Positions 12,109-23,880 of a stretch of DNA of 64,000 nucleotides are shown here, piece by piece (position 1 is the first letter of the stretch; the number at the start of each line of letters is the position of its first letter). Origin of the DNA: Leptogorgia sarmentosa (lineage: Eukaryota); the NCBI GenBank assembly GCA_964658305.1, contig OZ210885.1:3348001-3412000 (forward strand). Reading direction: 5' to 3'. Both the position numbers and the translations under genes were made by a program. The notes under the pieces were generated by a model. That model did no database searches. It was not told the DNA's origin and saw only the letters and a list, made by a program, of their open reading frames with translations.

Positions 12109-14745
12109 AATAAGCTAGATATACCAGTCGACTTTAAATTACCACCTAACCTAGCTCGCTCAAATTCCATCTCGTCTTCTGTCTTTTTCAATCTGTTCTT
12201 GTTCTGCTGCACTGGTCAGCCTCTACGTGGCAGGAGAGATTAGTAGTCAGTGCGTTTATGCTTTTTTTGTGTAGTTCTTTTTGGAACTATTCGCACCGGT
12301 AAAGCTAACAGGCCAGTGTGCTCTCTAGCATATGTGACCAGGCGAAAACTCTTTTACTGCTTTACCAGTCTTTATAGGGTTACTGGTCCACTTTTATCTC
12401 GACTTTTTTTTCCGGGGTTCCACTATGTTCGCATGCAATGATTGTGATTGTGTTTTTGGTAATAAAGGAGCCCTAACGAACCACTGCAAATGGAAACATG
12501 CGCAGTCGGCTTCGGAGGGGCAGCGTAAGAGGAGTGGAAGTGAATCATTTGTATGTCCCAATTGCGGTGGTGCCTTTAATGGCGAAGGAGGCCAAAATGT
12601 TCACCGTCGTGCACGCCACCCAGATGTGTATCACGCTGCTAGGATGGTCCCATGAAGAACTTGTTCTTGTTGCCAGAGGCGAGTTGGAAATCCACGGAAC
12701 GGACACCCCCTGAGGGGATTGTTCGTGTACTCCTTTCTCGGTTTCCTGATCGTATCTTAAAAAGCCATCAAGTGCGTGCGAAATAAGAATGCCCGATATA
12801 AGGAAATTCTTGCCGTCTTGGAGGCTGAGGAGGATCACGACAGGGAACTACCAGTGGATAGCCCTGCCTAGCAGCAGCCCCCCTCTGTGAATACGGAGTG
12901 TGCGTGGAGGGACAGTCTCCGATTGGCTATTAAAACCGGTATTGATAATCTGGACTGGGTGGAAGATGGTTGTCCCGCCGTGGCCATTTGTGATAGGCTT
13001 GATGAGTTGTTTGCGTCGTGGATCGGGCATGTTGTTTGTGGTGAGCAGGCTCCTCAAAGGAATCATAAGCCCGCAACGGGATGTAGACGTGTGCAGTACA
13101 GTGAACTCCAACACCTGTATGGTCGCAAAAAATCAGCCTGTGCCAGTAAGGTTTTGGATGGGTTGTGGGAGAGCATTAACTCTGACCCAGGCCTTCACTT
13201 GAGCAATTCCGAATGGCCTGGCAGGACAATAGATGGCCGACATGCGTTGGACCGGTGAAGTGGGAAATTGTTAATCCAGTTACACCGGAAGAACTTAAAC
13301 AAGTGTTAACTGAGGGTGCCAAGTCATCAGCACCTGGTCCCGATGGGGTGAAGTTGAGGGATGTCGTTGGGCTTGCGATGAGAGAGCTCTGTAGTCACTA
13401 TAATTTGTGGCTACTGTGTGGGACTCGGCTGCCTTGTGCCTCGGTCAAACGACTTACATCCCGAAGGGCTCCCAGTCCAGTGACGCGCTTATATATCGTC
13501 CTATTACCATTGCCTCTCATATCTTACGAGTCTTTCATAAGATCATGGCTCGCAGGTTTGATGCGCTCCTGCCCCACAAATACACCCGAAGGAGTTCAGG
13601 AATGGGGATGGGATGCTCACCACATGCTATCTTTGCAGGCCATCATTGATGGAGTTAAGCGTGAGCGTAAGCCACTAAGCTTGGATTTCTTGGATGTGCG
13701 TAAGGCTTTTGATTCGGTCAGCCATGACACGATCGTATTAGCGATGCGTCGTCTTGGTTGCCCTGAGCCGTTCCTTGCGTATGTTCGAGACCTGTATTCA
13801 CGCTCTAGCACGGTGATTGAGCACAACGGTGATTGAGCACAACAGAGAAAGGAGCACACCAATCTTTACTCGCAGAGGGGTCAAACAAGGTGATCCACTT
13901 TCACCTTTTATGTTCAATGCCGTTATAGACTGGGCTCTTTCGTCACTTGACGACCATCTAGGGTTTTCGTTCGGCTGCGTCAGGGTTAACAACCTGGCTT
14001 ATGCAGACGACGTCGCCTTGCTGAGTGCTACGTGAGTCGCCTTGCGTTCACAATTGGGCAAGTTCGAGTCACATCTTTCGAAAGGTGGGCTTACCATCAG
14101 TGCGGGTGTTGAAGGGAAGTGTGCTTCCCTCAGCATCGTGGTAGATGGGAAGGTGAAGGGATGGGTAATTGATCCAAACCCCTTCCTGGCAACCAATGAA
14201 GGCATTATTCCATCTTTACATGCCTCTGGGGAGTAATGGTACCTAGGTATCTTGTTGGGGTCTCGCGGAGCGAGGGGGCGCAGTTCCCTGCGGAACGACT
14301 TATTGCAAGGACTGCATAACATCTCAAGGGCAGCTTTGAAGCCGTTCCAGCGGATGACCATTTTGCGAACGTTCTTGATACCGAAGTACCTGCACAAACT
14401 AGTCTTGGTGCCAAGTAGGCGACGGATGGTTACGTTGGCTAGATAACACTCTCAGGGCCAATGTGCGTCAGTGGCTTAAGTTGCCAAAGGATACTCCGGT
14501 GGCTTTCTTCCATGCTAGGACTGGGGATGGGGGTCTCGCCGTTCCATCTCTCTGGTACTCTGTACCTGTGATGAGGAGGAGACGGCTTGAGGCTCTCCAT
14601 TCCGCGACGGACCATCTCTCTACCGCTCTGGTTGCCTCTCCTTTCTTTACGACGAAGTTGAGCAACCTATCCACTAAGATCTTGGATGGCATTTGGTTAC
14701 GGACAAGCAGTCTCTTGCTCAGGCTGCGAGTCTATATGCCAAAGT
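12066..14745 (+). mobile_element. R2 non-LTR retrotransposon, decayed, lacking the C-terminal endonuclease
   Basis: Two C2H2 fingers (12425-12620), Myb-like WSHEELVLVARGE, SAPGPDG, YRPITI, LDVRKAFDSVSH, GVKQGDPLSP, LAYADD, RQWLKLP; 5' 28S tag. Confidence 0.9.
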
Positions 14746-14749
14746 AGAT

Positions 14750-15855
14750 AACTTTGTCCATAAATGACATCAGAGCCATTGTTTAGGACTATTGTCAAAA
14801 GAACAATATTAAGAACAATTTCAATTCGGATAATAAAATGGCTGGTCGTGACTCCGTTACGGGTTTTACGAAGCGCCACCCAAAGTTGTCCCTTCGACTG
14901 ATGCGGACCTGTTTCTGGATTACTTGAAGCACTTTGTAACATTTACAAAGTGTTCGAAAGATTCAACAGTGTTATTGATCCTTGATGGTCATAAAACACA
15001 CACAAAGATTCTCTCGACCATAGAGTATGCTCGTGATAATGGTATTGTCATCCTGTCACTCCCTCCACACACCTCCCACAAGCTCCAACCACTGGATCAA
15101 AGTTTCTTTAAAGCGCTCAAGAGTGCTTTCAATGCGGCATGCTCAACCTGGATGCGAAACCACCCTGGCCGCAGAATCACGGTCGACAAGCTTGGGGAGC
15201 TGTTCAGTGCTGCCTATTTAAAAGCTGCTACCATTGAGAATGCTGTGCCAGGATTCCGATGCACTGGCATTGTCCCATTCAACAAAAAAATTTTGCCTTC
15301 ATCAGATTTCCTAGAGGACCCCTGTGTTGTTGATCCACCGTCGGATGAGACCTTGTCTTCCCTTTGCTGACACAGCTAATCAGAGCCCAAGCCATGAGGA
15401 AGCATCATCCTCACAAGCACAAACCAGAGAGTCATTTCCAGCGATTGAAGAGACTACAGAAATGCCACCTGTAACCTCAGAACCCAGAAATTCTTCACCC
15501 ACACAAGATAAACCACCTGCTGTCGACCACGTCAGCTTTTCAATGATAATGAAACTGCCTACCCTCACAGAGAAGAAAAAGTCGAAGAGATCTGAGAAGT
15601 CTGGGATAGTCACTAGTTCTCCATATAAACAGTCTCTTGTTGAGAACATAGCTGAACAAAACAAAAAAAGCAAACGAAAACTTTTTGCCAAAGAAAACAG
15701 CCAAGAAAGCTAAGACTGATAACAAGAAATCGGCAAAAGCTAAGAATGTTAACATGGACATTGAGGAAGATTCACAATGTCCCATGTGTGATGGATTTTG
15801 GACAGAGTCATTGCCTTGGAGAGGATTGGGTCCAGTGTTGCAAGTGCAAAAATTT
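14750..15855 (+). mobile_element. pogo/Tigger-like DDE_1 transposase fragment with C-terminal PHD remnant
   Basis: CENP-B-like AGRD..GFTKRHPKLSLR, VLLILDGHKTH, LPPHTSHKLQPLD, CPMC..DWVQCCKC. Confidence 0.85.
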
Positions 15856-15895
15856 TCAGGTTCCACATACAATTTAATCCATTCTTATCTTTTAG

Positions 15896-18397
15896 GATGA
15901 AAATGAAAAGACCCACGCTCTCGCGAAACTTCGGGACAAGTTGGAACGCTATCTCATGGAACTGCCTGTCCTCGGATTCAACTCTGGCAAGTACGACATC
16001 AATGCTGCCAAAAACCCCTTCTTTGCTCACCTAGTGAAACATGAGGAAGTCCAGTTTGTGATAAAGAGAAACAACAATCACACTTGAAGTTTCGACATTA
16101 CAAACTACTTCGCTCCCATATTTTCCTACGAACAGTTCCTCAAAGCCTACAAGTGCATGCAGACCAAAGGATATTTTCCATACGAATGGGTCGACTCCCT
16201 TGACAAGTTGAATTTGCCCACCTTACCACCTCACGATGCGTTTCATTCAACACTTTCCAACACCGACATCACCAACGAACAGTACAACTATTGTCAAAGT
16301 GTGTGGAACAATCATGGTATGGAAACTTTTCGAGACTTTTTGGTGTGGTATAATAATCTTGATGTTGTTCCCTTTCTCGAAGCTATTGAAAAAATGAGCC
16401 AGTTTTGGAAAGAACGAAATATTGATATTTTTAAGGATGGTGTAAACATACCAGGTTTGACAATGAAATATTTATTTTCCAATGTTCCCGATATATACTT
16501 CTCACTATTTACTGAAAAAGACAAAGACTTGTACTATACCATGAAAGATAATAACGTTGGTGGTCCCAGTATTATATTGAACAGATACCACGAAAAAGAC
16601 AAGACAAGTATATGCAACCTAGAAATGACAAGAAAGAACTTAAAACCCAAACCCTGCAAGAAAGTGGTCAGTTACGATGCAAATGCCTTATACCTTTGGG
16701 CAATCATGCAAGATATGGAAAGTCACAACTTTAAGAAGCAATGGAGTGGTAAAATGGCTGTAGAGTGGTTGGAATGGTGAGCTTACCAACATGGTGTTAA
16801 AATTAGACACCAAAATAACAACACAGAGAAACGAATTGGAGCTCGTCGCCTTCCAGTGCACAGATTCTGTTCCGAAACACAAACGGTGTTTCAATTTCAC
16901 GGTAAGTTCGTGTTTTATGGCGTGGGAAACATCGATTAAAGATACCATGTAAAATTACTAATTTTGTCTCTTATCGTATTAGGTTGTTATTGGCATGGCC
17001 ATGATTGCCACTTAAACCAGGGCAAAGACACCAACACGACGTGGGACAAATCCATGAAAGACTTGCTCGAAGAGACATGGAGAAACAGTTCTTATATCTG
17101 CAAGCAAGGTTTCAATCTTGTCGAGTGTTGGGAATGTGAACGGCTACAACGACCCTTACACAAGGTGAATACAATGACACTACAGTCCATTCTCGATGCT
17201 GTATGATGAAAAGTTATTTGGGTGCGTAGAGTGTGACATTCACATTCCAGAACATTTACATGAACAATTTTCCGAAATGTGTCCTATATTCAAAAACACT
17301 GAGATATCTCGAGACGATATAGGCGAATTTATGAAAGTTAATGCCGAAGAAAACGACATCATGCATCGACTTCACCGAAGTCTCATTGGAGGTATGGTTG
17401 GTGAAAAAATTTTGTTAGCCACACACCTCTTTTAAAGTGGTATTTGGAACATGGTTTAGAGGTACCTATTAAGTATAGGTTATTAAGCATAGGTTTCATT
17501 ACTATGTCATTTTTGTTTTTTATAGGTAACACACGTCTATCAGGTGATAGAATATACCCCTAAACCATGTTTCAAACCTTTTGGTGACGCTGTATCGAAT
17601 GCCCGCCGTGCTGGAGATGCTGACCCGGCCAAAGCAATAATCGCAGATATGATGAAACTCGTTGGGAATTCGTCGTATGGGAAAACTATAACAAACAAAG
17701 AGCGCCATTGTCAAGTGAAATTTTGTGACGACAACAAAGTGTCAACTCGCCATTTTTCCGTGAATTGAACGCTATCGACGACAACACGTACGAAGTGGAA
17801 AGCACCAAGGAAAAAATTAAACTGGACTTGCCTCTTCAAGTTGGATTCTTTGTTTATCAATACGCCAAATTACGTATGCTACAATTCTATTATGATTTTT
17901 TAGAAAAATATTTAGACAGGTCGGACTTCGAATATTGCGAAATGGATACCGACAGTGCGTATATTGCCATTAGCGGGGAACGTATAGAAGATTTGATAAA
18001 ATCTGAAAATATGTGTGAGTTTGACAACGATAAATGTAACTGGTTTCCTTGAACGGACACGGTAGAGCATGCAAAATATGACAAGAGAACGCCTGGTTTA
18101 TTTAAAGCTGAGTTGGAAGGGGATGGATGTATCAGTCTTTGTACCAAAACGTATTATTGCTTTGGGGATGGGAAAGATAAATTTAGTTGTAAAGGTGTAA
18201 ATAAGAGGAATAATGTAATTAATAAGGATAAATATTTAGATGTCATTTTGAGTAAACGCAGTGGGTCGGGTGTAAATAGGGGATTTAGGGTTCTAAATAA
18301 TATGTACACATATGTTCAAGTTAAAAACGCTTTGTTATTTTTATCCAAAACTAAAGTTTTGGAGGATGGTGTAACAACTGTTCCTTTAGATATTTAA
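15896..18397 (+). pseudogene. polB: Protein-primed family B DNA polymerase of the Polinton, with introns, frameshifts and stops
   Basis: LPVLGFNSGKYD, KGYFPYEW, YNNLDV, YDANALY, KLVGNSSYG, EMDTDS, KRTPGLFK, SCKGV motifs. Confidence 0.92.
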
Positions 18398-18764
18398 GAT
18401 TTTGTAAATAGTAGTTTGAAAATATATCTTCCTATACCTAATATGTGGTGTGCGTGTTTCCTTGAAATTCGAAAATGATCAAGTTCGTTTATACTCTTTT
18501 ATAATTGTGGAGGCGCTTAAAAGGGCCTTTTTTTTCTTTGGTCAAGTTAGACCAGGAATGTCGAGCCAATTGAGTCCCTCCAAGAGATTCTCGTCCTGAT
18601 GAACGATTGACTGGACATCCAGCCATTGGTCAGGGTGGTTTACCAGCAAATGGTCTAACAGTATTCATAGTCGTTTTGGTTTCCAACAACCAATTTCGAA
18701 GCTCCGCATTCTCCCTCTGCAAAACCTCCCACTCTATCTTCTTTGTCGCCCTATATCGTGCCGC

Positions 18765-18936
18765 ACATAGCTACCCAGTGCGAGCCAGGACCATCACTAG
18801 TATCGACATTCACAACAAATCTTTTGGGCTTTTCTGATATAGTATCTGGTAGACGATCCGAAGGGACCACACTCGTAAACACTGACTTGGTAAACAAATC
18901 ACTTTGAAGCACGTTTAGAATCTGTAGAGTGTTCAT
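18765..18936 (-). pseudogene. Adenain-like cysteine protease, N-terminal half only
   Basis: MNTLQILNVL..VVNVDTSDGPGSHWVAM starts immediately after the capsid stop codon, then breaks into unrelated sequence. Confidence 0.8.
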
Positions 18937-18937
18937 T

Positions 18938-20243
18938 CTAACTGTTAAAATCACACAGCACATTGCGGTTAGCCTCGATTTCAATAAGGTTTTGAAACTC
19001 TCCGAGCACCACAATATTTATAGCCCAGTTAAGAGCGGTACCAAACTGAACTTCCAGTGAGACGTTGCCGTAGTTGTAGATGATCTCTTGAACAAAGATT
19101 GGCTGTCAGATCAAACAACAATGTGTAACCGTTAGGGTACTCGTCGCGCGAGATGACATTACCTTCGTTCTGAAACAGCTTATTCGCACCAGCATACAAT
19201 GTTTGAAACGCCGATACGTAGTTCGCCCCTTGTTCGACACCAAATTTCATCTGAAGTGGTTTGCTAGGCAAATGCTCCCCATTTACGGTCAGTCCAAGAT
19301 AGGTCATATCGTAGTTTTTAAAATTAAACGGATTCTTCCTGAAGGAGCCATTGAAAGCTGTGGAATCAACCATACCGATGACAATTCTATCAGGCAATTG
19401 TCCCTGAAAGATATTGGGTTGATTTCCAGAATAGTTTCCTCTCGGAGCGGAAAACACTTTGCATTCGACTCTGTTGATGGGATACTTTGCCGTGGTATGT
19501 TTCAGAACTTCTGTATGACCGATCATGACGGTAGAAGAAACATTGACTCTGCGCACACGGAAGACACAATCTTCTGTCACGACTTTGTAGGCAGCTGGAT
19601 CGACTGAAGACACCAGTGAAAACGCAGCACTTGATCGCACAAGCTTGAGCTTAATAGGAACCCCACCTAAAATGTAACGTTCTTGGGCAAAAAGGTCAGA
19701 GTGAATTTTTCCCTCCATGGAAACCATTTTGCTTTCCTTCGAATGGTTATAGCGTTCTTTTAGTCCGGTATTCACATTATCGGCATCTGCCATAGGATTC
19801 ACAGAGTCCATTCTCCCGGCTTTGTTCTTGTAAAACAATGCGGACGTTAGCCGAGATGATTTGGCGTCTTTACTGAAATTTAATACGGTTTCTAAGTACG
19901 CTCTGTAGGGATACGCCGTGCTTGATGGTGTAACAAGTTTATTGTTCAAGAAAACTTCAACTTGAGAAAACATTGCGCGCAACCACAGGTTCACAGGCCC
20001 TACTTGTTCGTCAACCTCTAGGTTAGCACCATTCGCCCTTGTTATTTTCGCTTTCACATGAAGGTAGCTATTCGCCAGGTCTGTGTAGGCGTCGGGGTTA
20101 GCAGCACAAAGAAATTCAATAGTGTCAGAGGTTTGAACGCTTGCAACTGGATCAACATTTTCCCAAAAACCTTTGTTCATTTCAATCTGTGTAGGTGGTA
20201 CTGTAAATAATTCGAGTTCTGATTTTCTGCAGCCGCATGAACC
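18938..20243 (-). pseudogene. Polinton major capsid protein (double jelly-roll, hexon-like)
   Basis: SCGCRKSELELFTVPPTQ, YPYRAYLE, FNGSFRKNPFNF; frameshifted tail IEIEANRNV; native start displaced by unrelated sequence at ~20244-20690. Confidence 0.88.
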
Positions 20244-20692
20244 TGTAGTGTCACCCACACAATCAAAGAACGCGCCAAATTTGCGTTTGCGTGCATAAAC
20301 ATAATTCGTCATTGGAACAATATTCATCGTCATAATGCTGTTAGGAAATGAACTCGCCCATATTATTTCTGTTACGCCCGCAAATGACATCAACTTAAAA
20401 TTTCCGTTTAACACCTAGCCTAATAGTGCGAACGGGCCCCAATTATCTGGACACTAATCCTAATTGCATTTCCACCTTGCCTTTACTAGCTAACGTATAA
20501 AATAACGCGCAAATTCTTATAGTCAGACAGTCTTAGCTTCGCGCTTGGTGAGTTATTATCAACTGTAATCTTTTGTGATGCTACTTTAATATATGTGAAT
20601 AAATACTATATGTGTACAAAATCTTATTAGTGTTGAGTATTTTATATACAACTTAGCACAATACAACTCGAGCAAATCTCATATACTCAAAT

Positions 20693-21204
20693 ACTAAAAA
20701 TCTTTATGCGGGGTATTTATCGCTTGCGTCATTTCTTAGTGGGTGGACTAGCAAAATGTTCACTTGTGTATCAAGTGGTGATGTTCTCCACTTACTCACT
20801 TGAGTAGAAATGACAACTTTCCTTTGAGAAACATTTCTTAAAGGGCCTGACCGATTTGTTTGCTTCCTCTTAGAACCGCCCCCAATTTGGTTTTTGACGT
20901 TATTCACACCCTGTTTTGTTAAATCGCTCACAGCTTGTCGCCCTCTGCTTGTCACTGCTTGTTTTACACGTTTCCCTGCTAGTACGTCTTGACCAACATT
21001 TACAGCGGTTTCTATTGCCTTTTTACTAATTGCGTTTACACCCTTCTTCACCAAAGGTATGGCAACACGAGCAATACTCTTGAAAAAACTACCAAGTCCA
21101 TACCCCGCTGTATTCTAGCCCCATGCGGAAAGGGTTCCACAATTCTGATTTTTCAAGTAAAAGATTTTGCAATTGTTCGTGTCAGGTATAAATGTATGTC
21201 TCAT
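20693..21204 (-). pseudogene. Small basic/amphipathic Polinton virion protein (core or pVI-like)
   Basis: After a frameshift reads G.RIQRGYGLGSFFKSIARVAIPLVKKG..GQDVLAG..QIGGG with a K/R-rich tail; lies between the minor and major capsid genes. Confidence 0.65.
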
Positions 21205-21206
21205 GG

Positions 21207-21813
21207 TTATATAAATAGAGGAGATCTTCTCTGTCTTGAATGAAGTGTCACGATCACCTTTCCAAACTCAAATGGCACTTTTTCCTGCGTGTCATCCTTT
21301 ATATCTATTTCAACGGTCTCAAATGACTTTACATTCACTGGAACATATTGAAGATTTGGAAAACTAACATTTACATTTTCGGCAAATTCCCCCGTACATT
21401 TGATAACTTTCAACAAGGAAACTTTAGTATCCCCTACTAACTGTGGTTCAACAATATCTGTGTACAAATACATGGCATGAAATCCAGCTTCTAAATCGAC
21501 GGGTAATGGAGCTTCTGTATTCTTCGTTATAACTACCTCTTTCTTCTCAAATCCAATCATACCCTCAAAGCGACCAGCTAAAGCCAACATTGCCTTATTT
21601 TTTACATGTATGTGATTTTGCAGGTTATTTTATTGTATGTTAGCCAAATATCCATGCACGTCTGTCTTTAACATTTTATTTACAGCCGCAACAAACTCTT
21701 CAATGGTTGGGTAGTACCCATGTAAGTTTAGTTTTAAAATTTGTCAGAGTATTGCCTGGAAAATATTCCATTGAATTGTTTAATGGTAAAGTAAGATAAA
21801 ACTGACTAGCCAT
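21207..21813 (-). pseudogene. Polinton minor capsid protein (penton-like), internally deleted
   Basis: MASQFYLTLPLNNSMEYFPGNTLTNF N-terminus; YLYTDIVEPQLVGD..PNLQYVPV..IDIKD..VPFEFGKVIVTLH C-terminus. Confidence 0.8.
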
Positions 21814-22429
21814 GGCGATGAGTAAGTGACAAATGAATATAACACGTTGAGTCATGGATCTTATAAGTTTGACCTGAAATCCCATGGCAGTATGAGAGTA
21901 TGTGTGCTTTTGATATTTGACACTTTGTGCTATAAGGTGTTTCTCGCGTCGTGAACAGAAAGATGTATTCAATAGAGTTTATCAGCATTTTACTTTTTAT
22001 TTTATTTTTAAACAAAGTTTCTGGCAATCACAGTTGCTGTAAATACATTAAAATCGATGAACACGATGTGGTCGTAACCTTGGATCTGAGAGGGAAGAAC
22101 ATAACGTAGATCGACTATGAAACTATCTCGGCATACAAGAATCTTAATGTGATCGACCTGTGTCAGAATCCACAAGTATGTGGTAAAATAAAACATTGAA
22201 GAAGTTTGAAGTCAAAAGTGACTGCTATTCGACGTCAACATCCAATATTCATACACCACAATTATCAACACGCGCAGATTCTTCGATTCTTCCCACTCAT
22301 CGTAGCTACAAAACTTCACCCTCAACTCCATACCACAAGAAACCTTCAACAATTACAGATCAGTTATTCTACACCACTCACCACCCAAATAATATATCCC
22401 AAACACACAACAGATGCCGAGAAATAGCA

Positions 22430-22942
22430 ATTTCCCTTTCAACGTTCGATTAAACATTTCTACTACTGACGCTTTGGTTTCGTTATATGTGGTGAAAAAT
22501 AGGATTTTCTTTTTTTTTAGAAATGTTTGAAAGTGTTTATTCGTGAACTCAGTCCCCCTGTCAGAATGAAACTTCCCGGGTTTCCGAAGTTTTCCCCAGA
22601 CTTTGTCTTCAAGGGTTCTACCCACGCATACTTAGAAAATAGATCAATAACGGTCAAAATATATTTGTAACTAGTGTTTTCTTTGCTCAGGGAATCCATA
22701 ACTAAATCAGCTTCCCATTCTTTATCTATACCCCCGACAATCACTCTATTTCTGTTAAATCTGTAACAGACTGGTTTATGTAAAATGTATGTATCTTGTT
22801 GTTTCAACCAGGTTCTTATTTTATTTCAAGACAGTTGGAATTTACCGTCTTCTTTTACGGCACGGTAAACAGCCTCCATGCTGCCAAAACTTGCCGGACT
22901 ATCGGGATTGTAATACAGGTTGTGGAGGTATTTCTCCGCCAT
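22430..22942 (-). pseudogene. Retroviral-like (RVE) integrase of the Polinton
   Basis: YYNPDSPASFG, WEADL, YKYILTVIDLFSKYAWVEPLK, SDRGTEF, KASVVEMFNRTLK. Confidence 0.88.
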
Positions 22943-23154
22943 CAAGGTTGGACTGTTCAATCAATCTTTCCCCAGCAACATGCAAACATGCAACGTATTT
23001 GTCTAAATTTTATAGAGGGCAATCCACCCTTTAAACATGACATGTTCACTCTAGGGAAAGTAGGTTAAAAATGAACAACGACAACATAATGACACGATAT
23101 AAATACAAAAATATTTATTTAAGTACATACAAAGATACAGTTTTGTTCAAATTA

Positions 23155-23880
23155 TTAGCTAATCCGCATGTTCGCAAATCCCTCAATTAGTTCATCAACT
23201 TCCTTTTGGGGAAGAAATTCCTCGTAGGCTTTCCTTCGGTCCGTTTCGTGGCTTGTAAACGTCTCCCCACTCTTGCGCACTGAATACTGGTAGGATGGTG
23301 GCATACTAAACAAACACGTACAACCTGGTTCAAGGGGATCTTCGTCGGGTTTCCATGCGAAGAAGTCACAAGCACTCTCTCTCGGATGAGAACAGCAATA
23401 GAATAAACAATCTTGACTAGGGCCTTCTTTCTTCTCTTTCTTGGTGCGACATATCAAATTATGGCTGCAGACGGGTTTGATACCTTCAAAAACATCACCC
23501 CACTACCAAAACGAACAAGGATTGTCTCTTTCAGAACACACGAAAAATGGTCTACCATAGCTCTGGTTATTTGTATCTTTAACCATTCGCATCTTTGCCA
23601 AGCGCCCATGTCCGTAACACCTTGGATGTAGGCAACCACTTTTACGAAAAGCTGTCGCAGCTTTTCCAAACGTATAGCAATCTTGATCGGGGCAAAAGAA
23701 CTCACAACTCGGCTTCTGACAACAAAACCAAAACGTACCCTTCTCAGTCGCTGTAGACGATTCTGGTAAACCGTGTAAACATTCCATTGTATTACGACAA
23801 GCTTGTAGGTTCTCCAAGGCTTTTTTCAAATGATCCAATCCTTCACTAGCATCTTGAAAAATTGTCGATTTTTCACTAAA
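23155..23880 (-). pseudogene. Polinton accessory protein with repeated GRF-type zinc fingers
   Basis: CYGH..VKDTNNQSYGRPFFVCSERDNPCSFW plus two similar C-x-H..F-x-C..C-x-FF units. Confidence 0.7.

Noticed and set aside
13808..13843. Programmed frameshift in the R2 RT
   Set aside because: A simple ~17-nt tandem duplication in a decayed copy
20244..20414. True N-terminus of the major capsid protein
   Set aside because: Capsid similarity begins at SCGCRKSELELF; the upstream part appears to be unrelated inserted sequence
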